A DNA stretch of 64,000 nucleotides from a virus. Below, piece by piece: positions 54,502 through 63,492 of the stretch. The stretch is taken from positions 4,739-68,738 of the IMG/VR virus record IMGVR_UViG_3300033149_001159; one strand, given 5' to 3'. The notes below the pieces were generated by a model. It saw nothing but the letters and a program-made list of their open reading frames with translations. It was not told the origin of the DNA and ran no database searches. Numbering within the stretch: position 1 is the stretch's first letter; every line of letters starts with the position of its first letter. The translations under genes and the position numbers were made by a program.

Positions 54502-55329
54502 ATGCAACCGACTGTTGACATTGTGGTGGCTGTGTATAATGCAAGGCCGTTCGTTCTCAGGTGCTTTCAGTCGGTGAGGGCTGAAACAAAGTACCCGCAT
54601 AACATCTACTTTGCAGACGACGCCAGTACCGACACAACGCTAGTAAAAGCTATGCGAGATTGGGATAGCCAAGGGCTGGCTACCCTGTTGCGATCTGAGC
54701 GGAACCTTGGGTTCGCCGGAATCAACAACTGGGCGGTCAGGCAGACCAAGAGTGACTTCTTCTGCCTGCTGAACTCTGATACTGTAGCCCTACGGGGGTG
54801 GTTGGGGGCAATGATGGAAGTTATGCTTTCCAATGACCGCATAGGAATTGTGGGGGCAAAGCTATTGTTCCCCACGGGCAAGCAAGAAAGCGCTGGAACG
54901 ATACAACACGCTGGGGTTGGTAGAGACAGGACGGGGCAGCCCTACCATCCATACAGAGAAAGGCCAGCAGACTTTATTCCTGCGAACGTGTTGCGGGAAG
55001 TGAACGCCGTTACTGGGGCCTGTATGCTGGTCCGCCGAAAGTGCTGGGACGAGCTAAAAGGCTTCGACGAACGCTACTCAATGGGGCAGTTTGAGGATGT
55101 AGACTTCAACTGGAGGGCTAGAATGGTGGGTTGGAAGATCTACATGCAGCCAAAGGCGGTTCTGTACCACTACGAACACGGTTCTGGGGAGGAGTTCGTG
55201 GTGCGGAGCCACGACAAGAACAAAGACATCTTGTTGAGAACCTGGCGGGGAATTGCGTCAGACGAACACCTGTTTCCAGACGGCAAGAGATACGACTACT
55301 ACCCAAATAGTTACCAGAGGGGAAAGTAA
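54502..55329 (+). CDS. GT2-family glycosyltransferase
   Basis: IVVAVYN, DDASTD, NLGFA..NN, LLNSD, VTGACML, FEDVD. Confidence 0.92.
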   Translation: MQPTVDIVVAVYNARPFVLRCFQSVRAETKYPHNIYFADDASTDTTLVKAMRDWDSQGLATLLRSERNLGFAGINNWAVRQTKSDFFCLLNSDTVALRGWLGAMMEVMLSNDRIGIVGAKLLFPTGKQESAGTIQHAGVGRDRTGQPYHPYRERPADFIPANVLREVNAVTGACMLVRRKCWDELKGFDERYSMGQFEDVDFNWRARMVGWKIYMQPKAVLYHYEHGSGEEFVVRSHDKNKDILLRTWRGIASDEHLFPDGKRYDYYPNSYQRGK

Positions 55330-55871
55330 TGTTCAAGTCATGTGGCGAACCATTCACTATGTTCCCGCTTACCAAGATCATCAACACAGAAGTTATTGAG
55401 ATAGGCCACCACTGTCAGATAGATGACTTTGTGTTCATCGATGGCGGCGAGTCTACAACCATTGGGGACTACGTTCACATAGCGACGTTTGCTTCCATAA
55501 CAGGAGGCGGTGTACTCAAGCTTGGTAGCTTCACCACGCTTTCTAGTGGGTGTAGAGTCTTTACTGGAACAGATGACTTTTCAGGTAAAACGCTCTGTGG
55601 CGCGCCCATCCCCGCGCCGTTCAGAGAACCCATACGTAGTGTAGTAAGAATTGGCAAGCACGCACTGGTAGGGGCTAACGCTGTAGTGTTACCTGGAGCA
55701 GTTATCGGGAACGGGACTGTTATCGCAGCGGGGGCTGTGGTTCTCCAGGGGCAACACTGTACTCCGTGGTTGGTCTACGCGGGGGTTCCCGCAGTGGTTG
55801 TGGGCCGTAGACCAAGGTCAAAGATGGAAGAACTGGAAAAGAAGCTAATGAAGGGGGTCCTATGTTTTTGA
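55329..55871 (+). CDS. hexapeptide-repeat (left-handed beta-helix) acetyltransferase
   Basis: IGHHCQI, IGDYVHI, IGKHALVG repeats; YAGVPA. Confidence 0.9.
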   Translation: MFKSCGEPFTMFPLTKIINTEVIEIGHHCQIDDFVFIDGGESTTIGDYVHIATFASITGGGVLKLGSFTTLSSGCRVFTGTDDFSGKTLCGAPIPAPFREPIRSVVRIGKHALVGANAVVLPGAVIGNGTVIAAGAVVLQGQHCTPWLVYAGVPAVVVGRRPRSKMEELEKKLMKGVLCF

Positions 55872-56725
55872 GCGTAGTTATACCCGTTTACAATCGTAGA
55901 AATGGACTTCGGCTCTGCCTAGCAGCTTTAGACAAGCAGTCTGTCAAGGATTTCGAGGTAGTTGTGGCTGACGACGGAAGTGACGATGACCCGTTTGGGG
56001 TTCTGGGAGAGTACAATCGGGCTTTGAGCTTGCGTTATGCTTGGCACCAGCGGCGGGGCACAAGAATTGCCCTGACTCGCAATGAAGGGGCTGCAATTGC
56101 CCAGGGTGATGCGTATCTTTTCCTAGACTCCGATGTGCTACTAAACCCTACAGCTATCGGGCATTACATGAACATTCACAAAGCTAACCCCGATGTTATC
56201 GTAGCAGGAAGGTATGACTGGCTACCACCACAAATCGCGGCGGTGTACCAGGTCCACTACGATTGGGAGAAGCTGATCGCGGGTGACCTTCCCAGGCTAG
56301 AGACACTGGAAGACGAAGCCCTGGGTTTTCAGGGGGCTGACCCACGTGCGGTAAACCCAGAATTGTTCAACAGTTCGGTGATTCACACAGACGGGTACTG
56401 CCTATCACTCTTCAGTGGCAATTTGTTGGTCCCCAAGAGAATCTTCCACGAGCTCGGTAGGTGGGACCAGAACATGATTGGTCACGGCGGAGAAGACGCG
56501 GAGTTCGGCATGCGGGTGCAAAGGGTGCATTTGCCAGTTATCTTCTCAGAAGACGTGGTTGGCTATCATGTTTGGCACGAACGCAACCAATACCTAAACG
56601 AAAAGGAGCTGAGAATCAATTGTAGCTACATTGCCCAGAAGCATGACCTGGCCAGTTTGGGCATAAGGCATGGAAAGGAGTTCGAGCCCGCCCTGGTATA
56701 CCGTGAAGGGGTGGACCATGTTTAA
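55862..56725 (+). CDS. GT2-family glycosyltransferase
   Basis: SVVIPVYNR, DDGSDD, FLDSD, GGEDAEF, GYHVWH. Confidence 0.92.
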   Translation: MFLSVVIPVYNRRNGLRLCLAALDKQSVKDFEVVVADDGSDDDPFGVLGEYNRALSLRYAWHQRRGTRIALTRNEGAAIAQGDAYLFLDSDVLLNPTAIGHYMNIHKANPDVIVAGRYDWLPPQIAAVYQVHYDWEKLIAGDLPRLETLEDEALGFQGADPRAVNPELFNSSVIHTDGYCLSLFSGNLLVPKRIFHELGRWDQNMIGHGGEDAEFGMRVQRVHLPVIFSEDVVGYHVWHERNQYLNEKELRINCSYIAQKHDLASLGIRHGKEFEPALVYREGVDHV

Positions 56726-57413
56726 GCCCACATGGGAATCTGGCGACGTTCAACTGTACCTTGGGGATTGCCTTCAGGTGATGCAGGAGTTAGGCGCCGA
56801 TAGCGTGGACGCGGTGATTACCGACCCGCCGTATGGGATAGGATTTGGCTATGAATCATCGTACATAGACACGCCCAAAACGTATGGCAACTGGATATGG
56901 GAATGCATGAGACTGGCTGAGTCAAAGTGTAGCCCAGGTTCACCCATCTTCATTTGGCAGGCGATGCTGAATATTCGGTATCTCCACCAATGGTTTCCAA
57001 GAGAGTGGCGACTTTTTGCTGCGTGCAAGAACTTTGTGCAAATACGAAAGATTGCCATGCAGTATGCTTTCGATCCAGTCGTTGTATGGTGGACGCCTGG
57101 CGAGGTGTGGTCAGATGCTAGTGCTAACCGCGATTGGCACATTGGCAATACAGCCAATACGCTGAACCGGAAGGCGGGCGACGCTCTGGGACACCCATGT
57201 GCAAGGCCGCTGAACCAAATCAAACACATCGTGGCGCAATGGGCGCGGCCCGGCAGCGTTGTGTTGGATTGTTTCATGGGCAGCGGCACAACGGGCGTGG
57301 CGTGTGTCAAAACAGGCCGCAAGTTCATCGGTATAGAGATTGAGCCAAAGTATTTCGACATTAGCGTAAAGCGCATCTCGGAAGCACAACAGCAAATAAG
57401 GCTAGGAATCTAA
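56718..57413 (+). CDS. DNA methyltransferase (N6-A/N4-C class)
   Basis: ITDPPYG, HPCARP, LDCFMGSGTT. Confidence 0.9.
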   Translation: MFKPTWESGDVQLYLGDCLQVMQELGADSVDAVITDPPYGIGFGYESSYIDTPKTYGNWIWECMRLAESKCSPGSPIFIWQAMLNIRYLHQWFPREWRLFAACKNFVQIRKIAMQYAFDPVVVWWTPGEVWSDASANRDWHIGNTANTLNRKAGDALGHPCARPLNQIKHIVAQWARPGSVVLDCFMGSGTTGVACVKTGRKFIGIEIEPKYFDISVKRISEAQQQIRLGI

Positions 57414-57422
57414 GGGGGGGCA

Positions 57423-58160
57423 ATGTTTCTGAGTTTTGTTATTCCGACATACGAACGAGTAGCCAACCTGCGCAGGGTGCTCAGTTCGCTGATTTTCCAA
57501 ACAGACCGCGATTTCGAGGTCATCGTGAGCGACGATGGCAGCACAGATGGCACCGCTGCAATGGTTCGCCAGCAGGCCGAAAGGCTGCCTATCAAGTATT
57601 TCTGGCACAAGCACCAAGGGTATAGGTTAGCTATGGTGCGCAATAGGGGTGCAGCGCTACGCGACAAGAAGACGACGCACGTATGGTTTCTTGACTCTGA
57701 TGTCGTGCTTCCCAAGGATGCCGTTGCCCAGGCCAAGAACATCTACGCGAAACACCCTGACGTAGTGCTAGCAGGCAAATACGACTGGATGCACGAACAC
57801 CCGTGGCCCGTAGAGTGTGGACCGAACTACTGGGAAGAGTTCTCCAAACTACCATTCAGGCCTGACCACCGGAAACAGGCGTTTGACAACGAGACAATTC
57901 ATACCTTCTATGAAGGGGGTGTCATCGGGGCCAATATCTTGTGCCCTGTAAAATGGTTGCTGAAAAGGGGCTTTGACGAGAACATTATCGGCGGCGGGGA
58001 AGATGGCGAATTCTCCTATCATTTGCAGGAACAAGGTGCGCCAGTCATCTTTTCTTCGGCGACACGGGGGCTGCACATGTGGCACCCGCGAGACCCCGCA
58101 GGGGACAACTCGATGGCACTACACATCATAAGGACACGCTACTTGGGAATGGATGAATGA
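57423..58160 (+). CDS. GT2-family glycosyltransferase
   Basis: VIPTYER, DDGSTD, FLDSD, GGEDGEF, HMWH. Confidence 0.92.
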   Translation: MFLSFVIPTYERVANLRRVLSSLIFQTDRDFEVIVSDDGSTDGTAAMVRQQAERLPIKYFWHKHQGYRLAMVRNRGAALRDKKTTHVWFLDSDVVLPKDAVAQAKNIYAKHPDVVLAGKYDWMHEHPWPVECGPNYWEEFSKLPFRPDHRKQAFDNETIHTFYEGGVIGANILCPVKWLLKRGFDENIIGGGEDGEFSYHLQEQGAPVIFSSATRGLHMWHPRDPAGDNSMALHIIRTRYLGMDE

Positions 58161-59017
58161 GCCACATCTGCGTAGTTATGGCTGTACACAACCGATTCCA
58201 GAATGTGAATATGGCGTTGTTCTCATGGGCACTTCAGTTCCGCGACGACTTCAGTGTTGTGGTGGCCGACGATGGTAGTACAGATGATATTGCGGCGCTA
58301 GTAGAATACTACGAGCGTTATCTCAACATCTGCCACGCTCGACGAGAAGAAGGTGGAAACGTGGCGGCCAATCTCAACCAGGGTACTAAGTGTGCGCCAC
58401 CCGAAACCACGCACATTTGGTATACGGATGGAGACATAATCCGCAAGAGTGATGCGATGGGCTGGGCATACAAGCACATAGAAGAATACCCTAACAGAAC
58501 GATTATAGGTAGATACGACTGGCTACCGCCAATGGAGATTGTGGCAGACAACCTTCGGTGGGAATGGGAGAAGATCATAGCCTGTGAGCTACCTAGACTG
58601 GACGTTCCAGAGAAAGACCAAGCCTACAGAGAAGACCACCGACTGACCAATGACCCAGAAGCGTTTGAGCACAAGCTGGCGAACCATTCAGGCCATATCC
58701 TGGGAGCAAACTTTATCATACCTATCCAGGCATTCTACGATACAGGTGGGTGGGATGAGTGGATTCCAGGCGGAAATGCCAACGATTCGGACATGGGCTG
58801 GATGCTCACACAGGCGGGTTACGGGTCGTTCTCGTCTCCACATCTGACGGGGTACCACATGTGGCATCCGAGAGACAGCAAGGCCCTAGCAGAGAACGCG
58901 GGGATAGCCCTAGTCTACATTTTTCGTAAACGCGGTCAGGAAGTGCCCGACTACTACAAGCCGTACATAGAGAAAGAGAAGCAGTGGAGGAAGGAACATG
59001 GCTGGCCAGAAGTCTGA
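58157..59017 (+). CDS. GT2-family glycosyltransferase
   Basis: DDGSTD, TDGD, GRYDWLPP, GGWDE, GYHMWH. Confidence 0.9.
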   Translation: MSHICVVMAVHNRFQNVNMALFSWALQFRDDFSVVVADDGSTDDIAALVEYYERYLNICHARREEGGNVAANLNQGTKCAPPETTHIWYTDGDIIRKSDAMGWAYKHIEEYPNRTIIGRYDWLPPMEIVADNLRWEWEKIIACELPRLDVPEKDQAYREDHRLTNDPEAFEHKLANHSGHILGANFIIPIQAFYDTGGWDEWIPGGNANDSDMGWMLTQAGYGSFSSPHLTGYHMWHPRDSKALAENAGIALVYIFRKRGQEVPDYYKPYIEKEKQWRKEHGWPEV

Positions 59018-59177
59018 GAAAGAAGTCGTAAAGCGCGTGAAATGCGAGGTCTACTCCAGAATCGTAGGTTTCTTAAGGCCGCTTGATAGCTGGAACCCAG
59101 GGAAACTCGCTGAATGGGAAGACCGCGTAGATTACAAGATGCCGAAGGGGGATGAGCTTGCCGACAGCAGTCTATGA
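58998..59177 (+). CDS. stand-alone NrdD C-terminal glycyl-radical domain (59 aa, not in ORF track)
   Basis: Hand translation MAGQKSEKEVVKRVKCEVYSRIVGFLRPLDSWNPGKLAEWEDR...; matches the class III RNR C-terminus YSRxVG(Y/F)LRP..WN.GK..E..DR. Confidence 0.8.
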   Translation: MAGQKSEKEVVKRVKCEVYSRIVGFLRPLDSWNPGKLAEWEDRVDYKMPKGDELADSSL

Positions 59178-60150
59178 TGGGGTCGAGATTGAGGTTTCAG
59201 AGCCTGTACTCTGGCCCGTGGAACGTATAAACTTCAGAATGCACCCGTGCACGGACTTCTCTGGAGTGGAGAAGTACAAGAACGGGGAACTAGAATGGAA
59301 ACCCATTATTGTGTGCCGCCGCTGTTTCGTAGTCCTAGATGGGTGGCACCGCCTAGCCGCCGCATGGCAAATGGGCAAGCGATACATAGAAGTCCAATTC
59401 ACAGACTTCCACCTTAACGGGGCGTCGGGCAGGTGCTACTGTGATCAAGTTAATTGGATAGACACTCTCCGGCCCTGGGTAGACATGGACTGCGTTTCGG
59501 GTTCCTATCACCGCAAAGACTTCAAAGTAGTCTGCTTCGCCAACTGCGTGAACCAACTCAGGCGAGCTGGGCCGCCGATGCCAATCTGTAGGGACTGGGA
59601 GCAAGCGAAAGCTATTCTCTCGTTAGGGGTAGTCCAGAACCGCAAGATACTGGACGTCGGAAGTAGGGAAAGTATCGTACCCGCATACCTGGCCGATAAG
59701 GGGGCGGAAGTTACAGCTATCGACCTGAACACGGACATGATTAAACCCCATAAAGGTGTGACCATTATGGAAGCTGACGCCAGGGAGCTGCCCTTTGAAG
59801 ACAACTACTTTGACCACGTGGTTTCTACTGCGTGCATCAAGCACATACCCGAAGACACAAAAGCTGTCACCGAGATGGTCAGGGTAGTGAAGCCGCATGG
59901 GTTAGTAGCTCTATCCTTTGACTTCGGGCAAGAATATGCGGAGTTTCCGAGCGAAGCGACTGGTAGGCGTATCTACGATGCAGACTCTGTGTATGCGCGG
60001 TTGCATGTACCGCACGCGGTAATCCAAGAACCAGCAGACTTTGGGAGATGTGATTGGGCCGATTGGCCAGTGGAGAGCCAAGCACCAAGCGTATACGCGA
60101 AGGGCGTAAACGTGCAGGTAGCGTTTCTACTGTTGAGGAAGGTGCCATGA
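59152..60150 (+). CDS. ParB/Srx-like domain fused to class I SAM methyltransferase
   Basis: PIIV..VLDGWHRLAAA; ILDVGS..AIDL..ADARELPF..RVVKP.G. Confidence 0.8.
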   Translation: MSLPTAVYDGVEIEVSEPVLWPVERINFRMHPCTDFSGVEKYKNGELEWKPIIVCRRCFVVLDGWHRLAAAWQMGKRYIEVQFTDFHLNGASGRCYCDQVNWIDTLRPWVDMDCVSGSYHRKDFKVVCFANCVNQLRRAGPPMPICRDWEQAKAILSLGVVQNRKILDVGSRESIVPAYLADKGAEVTAIDLNTDMIKPHKGVTIMEADARELPFEDNYFDHVVSTACIKHIPEDTKAVTEMVRVVKPHGLVALSFDFGQEYAEFPSEATGRRIYDADSVYARLHVPHAVIQEPADFGRCDWADWPVESQAPSVYAKGVNVQVAFLLLRKVP

Positions 60151-60470
60151 TGGAGAAGCTATACAGGATGTGTCCCGACTGTAACGGCTCTGGCTTTCAG
60201 CCACCGCCGCTGAGCGAAACCTTTATGTGTTTCAGGTACTCATGCTCTACGTGCAAGGGCCAGGGGTTCGTCGAGGCCGCGGATGCTGAACGCGACCACG
60301 CCATTGGGCAAGCTGTGCGTAAATACCTGGAATCTTGGACACGCCCCACAAACTGGATGCTATCGGACCTGGTGCGTAAAATAGCCCTAGAATTGCACAA
60401 GTGCGGCTTTCATGCATCGGCAACGCTAGAAGAAACAATTGCCAGAATATTGAAGGAATATGAAGCATGA
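60147..60470 (+). CDS. DnaJ-type Zn-finger protein, paralog of 32138-32482
   Basis: MEKLYRMCPDCNGSG..CSTCKGQG..AERDHAIGQAVRK. Confidence 0.65.
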   Translation: MMEKLYRMCPDCNGSGFQPPPLSETFMCFRYSCSTCKGQGFVEAADAERDHAIGQAVRKYLESWTRPTNWMLSDLVRKIALELHKCGFHASATLEETIARILKEYEA

Positions 60471-61519
60471 AACTTGCCTGGGTCTATGATAAAGGTCGTC
60501 CCAAGAACTGGGCCAACAGAGCCTTTGAAGGTGCAGCGCTAGGCGGCTCCGAGGCAAGCATGCTGCACTACGCCAGAGAGTTTGTGCGGCTCGGTCACAG
60601 CGTAACTATCTTCACGCCTGGTGCTAGCGCTTGTGAGCTAGACGGGGTTCAGTGGCGAGACACCAAGGACAGCATGTGCCAGCGCCGGTACGATGTAGCC
60701 ATAGCACTGCGGTTTCCAGACTCTCTGCCAGGGATGTTGGCTCCGCTAAAGGTCTTGTACTGCTGCGACCCAGAGATCCCAGAGCTACCGCAGTATGTCA
60801 AGAACGGGTTCGTGAACGTGGTTATCACCATTAGCCAGTATCAGACAGAGCTATTCCAGAAGCAACACCCGATTCCGAGAGAGATGTACCTTGTGAGCAA
60901 CGCGGGTGTGGTCTATTCCGACTACCTTAACAAGAATGTTAAGAAAGTACGCGGCAGGTGCATCTACTGTAGCGCACCGCCAAGGGGTTTGCTACCGCTC
61001 ATTCATGCGTGGCCGCTGATTCGACAGAAGGTTCCGTATGCTACGCTACACGTTACGGGCGGATTTGAGCTTTGGGGGTTGGATATTCCTATCGAGCAAC
61101 AGCCCGTGTTGCAAATGTTGCTGAAGTTGGAAGGGGCGACATACCTGGGGGTGGTATCCAGGGCAGACCTTGTAAGAGAACAGCTAGAAGCAGAAGTTAT
61201 GTTGTTGCCAGGAAGGACGGATTCGCCTGAGATGTGTTGCATCTCGTTTTCAGAATGTCAGGCAGCAAAGGTCTTTCCACTTGTAGGAGACATTGGGGCA
61301 TTGCCGGAACGGGTGCTATACGGTAACGTGGGGCTAGTTTGCTCTGTTGATGGCCTATCGGTAGAGACAGGAGCGTTCGCGGGACTGGCCGTCGGTATTT
61401 TAAGAATGCGAGACCCGCTTATGGAAGTGCGTCACGGAAGCGCGATGGCACAACAGTACGACTACTCAGTGCTGGCACCACAGTGGATTGAGAGATTCGA
61501 GAAGGAGCTAAATGGCTAA
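60467..61519 (+). CDS. GT-B (GT4-like) glycosyltransferase
   Basis: LGGSE, YCSAPPRGL, EMCCISFSECQA, GALPE. Confidence 0.88.
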   Translation: MKLAWVYDKGRPKNWANRAFEGAALGGSEASMLHYAREFVRLGHSVTIFTPGASACELDGVQWRDTKDSMCQRRYDVAIALRFPDSLPGMLAPLKVLYCCDPEIPELPQYVKNGFVNVVITISQYQTELFQKQHPIPREMYLVSNAGVVYSDYLNKNVKKVRGRCIYCSAPPRGLLPLIHAWPLIRQKVPYATLHVTGGFELWGLDIPIEQQPVLQMLLKLEGATYLGVVSRADLVREQLEAEVMLLPGRTDSPEMCCISFSECQAAKVFPLVGDIGALPERVLYGNVGLVCSVDGLSVETGAFAGLAVGILRMRDPLMEVRHGSAMAQQYDYSVLAPQWIERFEKELNG

Positions 61520-61760
61520 ATACTGGTTGTTTCAGGGAGAGGACTACTATCCAGCGGGCGGAATCTTCGATTTCAGCGGGGTCTTTGACAGCATTGCGGA
61601 TGCCCAGTTGTCACTAGCGGGCGAGTCCGACTGGGCACATATCGCTGTCCTAGAAAGTGACGATTTCAGCATTGTGGCATATTATGGTCTTCGTACCAAT
61701 TTGGGCTATGACCGGAAGAAGAAGGCCTATCAATTTGGGCCAAAGTGGGTACTCACTTAA
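61512..61760 (+). CDS. small hypothetical phage protein
   Basis: YWLF..YYPAGG..DF..DWAHI. Confidence 0.55.
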   Translation: MAKYWLFQGEDYYPAGGIFDFSGVFDSIADAQLSLAGESDWAHIAVLESDDFSIVAYYGLRTNLGYDRKKKAYQFGPKWVLT

Positions 61761-62581
61761 TGCCTGACTTCGCAAGTGTGTGTGTGTCGGCTTGGAACAG
61801 GCCAGATTTACTAGACCGTTGCCTAAAGAGCCTGTGGGCCAATACTCGATTTCCGCACGAGATCCTGGTCCACGATGACGGTAGCCAAGACGAAACGAGT
61901 AACTACTTGTACCAGTTGTCGCGCATGGGCAAGATTAGCACCTTGATTACGAACCCGCGCGGGCACAATAGGGGACACGGGACTTCCGTGAACCGAGCGG
62001 TGAACATCTCCGAAGGTAAGTACATAGTCAAGATCAACGGAGATGACAAGTTTACTCCTGGCTGGCTAGGGAAAGCGGTCAGAATGTTTGAGCTTTTCCC
62101 AGAGATAGGGTTACTGCACTTGGCCTACTATGACTTTACGGCTCTTTGGAATAGAACGAGAACGAAGCTCCCACCGAAAGACCCGAATGTAGACTATTAC
62201 ACCCTACACCGAGAAACAAGGGAAGGCGTAGAAGCCAGAGTCGTCTGGTGCGGCCCTGGCGATGCGTTTATGTGGACCAGAGACTTCTGGAACGAGGTGG
62301 GGCCGTGGCACAGTGAATACGACCTAGCATTTGGGGAAGACGTGTACTTTCGACTGAAAGCTTGCCCTATGATGCGTAGACCGTTACAGCCGCAGGGGAG
62401 TAAACTCTGCCCACCGACGCTTGAAGAATTACCAGAACACTGGGAGAAGTACAAGGATACGCCGTGGTTAGTTGCGTGTGACCCGCCGTTAGTGAGCTTT
62501 GCTTGGGGCGAAGGGCTATGCTCAATTTACGACGCGCAGAAAACATTGAAGCATGGACCAGTATTATTGGGAGGCAAATGA
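61760..62581 (+). CDS. GT2-family glycosyltransferase
   Basis: AWNRP, HDDGSQD, NGDD, FGED. Confidence 0.88.
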   Translation: MPDFASVCVSAWNRPDLLDRCLKSLWANTRFPHEILVHDDGSQDETSNYLYQLSRMGKISTLITNPRGHNRGHGTSVNRAVNISEGKYIVKINGDDKFTPGWLGKAVRMFELFPEIGLLHLAYYDFTALWNRTRTKLPPKDPNVDYYTLHRETREGVEARVVWCGPGDAFMWTRDFWNEVGPWHSEYDLAFGEDVYFRLKACPMMRRPLQPQGSKLCPPTLEELPEHWEKYKDTPWLVACDPPLVSFAWGEGLCSIYDAQKTLKHGPVLLGGK

Positions 62582-63492
62582 TGGGCTACTTCGACGAAAT
62601 GAGTGTTCTGGTAACCGGCGGCACGGGGTCGATAGGTTCAGCCATTGTAGAACGGCTGTTGACCAAGAATGTCGCATGTGTAGTTGTTCTCTCTCGCGAC
62701 GCGTCGAAGCAACAAGAACTGCACGAACGATGTGGGCGCGACGCACGTCTATACTTCAAGGTGGGCGATATTCGAGATAAGGACACCGTTGAAGAAGCAG
62801 TGTGGGGTGCGAACTTGGTCATTCACGCGGCGGCGTGCAAGCACATTCCTGCTTGTGAAGAATCGCCCAGGGAGGCGGTGACTATCAACACACTAGGCTC
62901 CCTGAACGTATTGCGGGCTTCTTTACGGGAGGGGGTACATACGTGCTTGGCTATTTCGACTGACAAAGCATGTGAGCCGACATCTGTTATGGGCATGACT
63001 AAATATCTCATGGAAAGGCTGTTCATCCAGTACGGTTGGGGGAACATGCGGACGCTGTGTGTGCGAAGCGGGAACGTTGCGGGGAGTCAAGGCTCTGTCA
63101 TTCCGTTGTGGAAGAAACAGATAGCAAGCGGGGGGCCTGTTACAATAACCGACATTGGCATGAAACGGTTCTTCATAACAGTGGACAAGCTGGTAGACTT
63201 GGTATTCACGGCTATTAAGACGGGGGTAGCGGGGGAGATCTTTGTGCCACAGATGCCTGAAGTGAGACTCGTAGACCTTGCGGATGTTATGCGGGCAGGA
63301 ACTGCATGTGGGGTAAGGATTACGGGCGCGCGAGTGGGCGAGAAGCTAAGAGAGACTGTTGTGTCTGAGCAAGAACTGCGAAGGACTTACGGGCGGGGCA
63401 ACTACTACGTTATTGGTAAGGAGGTGTTGCCAGAAGGGTTCGTGCTCGATAAGTGGTGGGCGACTGAAGGCGAAATGCGAGAGCTATTGTGA
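62578..63492 (+). CDS. UDP-N-acetylhexosamine 4,6-dehydratase-like SDR enzyme (CapD/CapE/PseB family)
   Basis: VTGGTGSIG, HAAACKH, ISTDKA, MGMTK, RSGNVAGSQGSVIP, R.GEKL.E. Confidence 0.9.
   Translation: MMGYFDEMSVLVTGGTGSIGSAIVERLLTKNVACVVVLSRDASKQQELHERCGRDARLYFKVGDIRDKDTVEEAVWGANLVIHAAACKHIPACEESPREAVTINTLGSLNVLRASLREGVHTCLAISTDKACEPTSVMGMTKYLMERLFIQYGWGNMRTLCVRSGNVAGSQGSVIPLWKKQIASGGPVTITDIGMKRFFITVDKLVDLVFTAIKTGVAGEIFVPQMPEVRLVDLADVMRAGTACGVRITGARVGEKLRETVVSEQELRRTYGRGNYYVIGKEVLPEGFVLDKWWATEGEMRELL

Noticed and set aside
54502-63492. Host capsule or O-antigen locus (end of prophage)
   Set aside because: Interleaved with phage-type DNA MTases and a paralog of an early phage gene, follows terL in one operon, and lacks Wzx/Wzy or ABC export genes.
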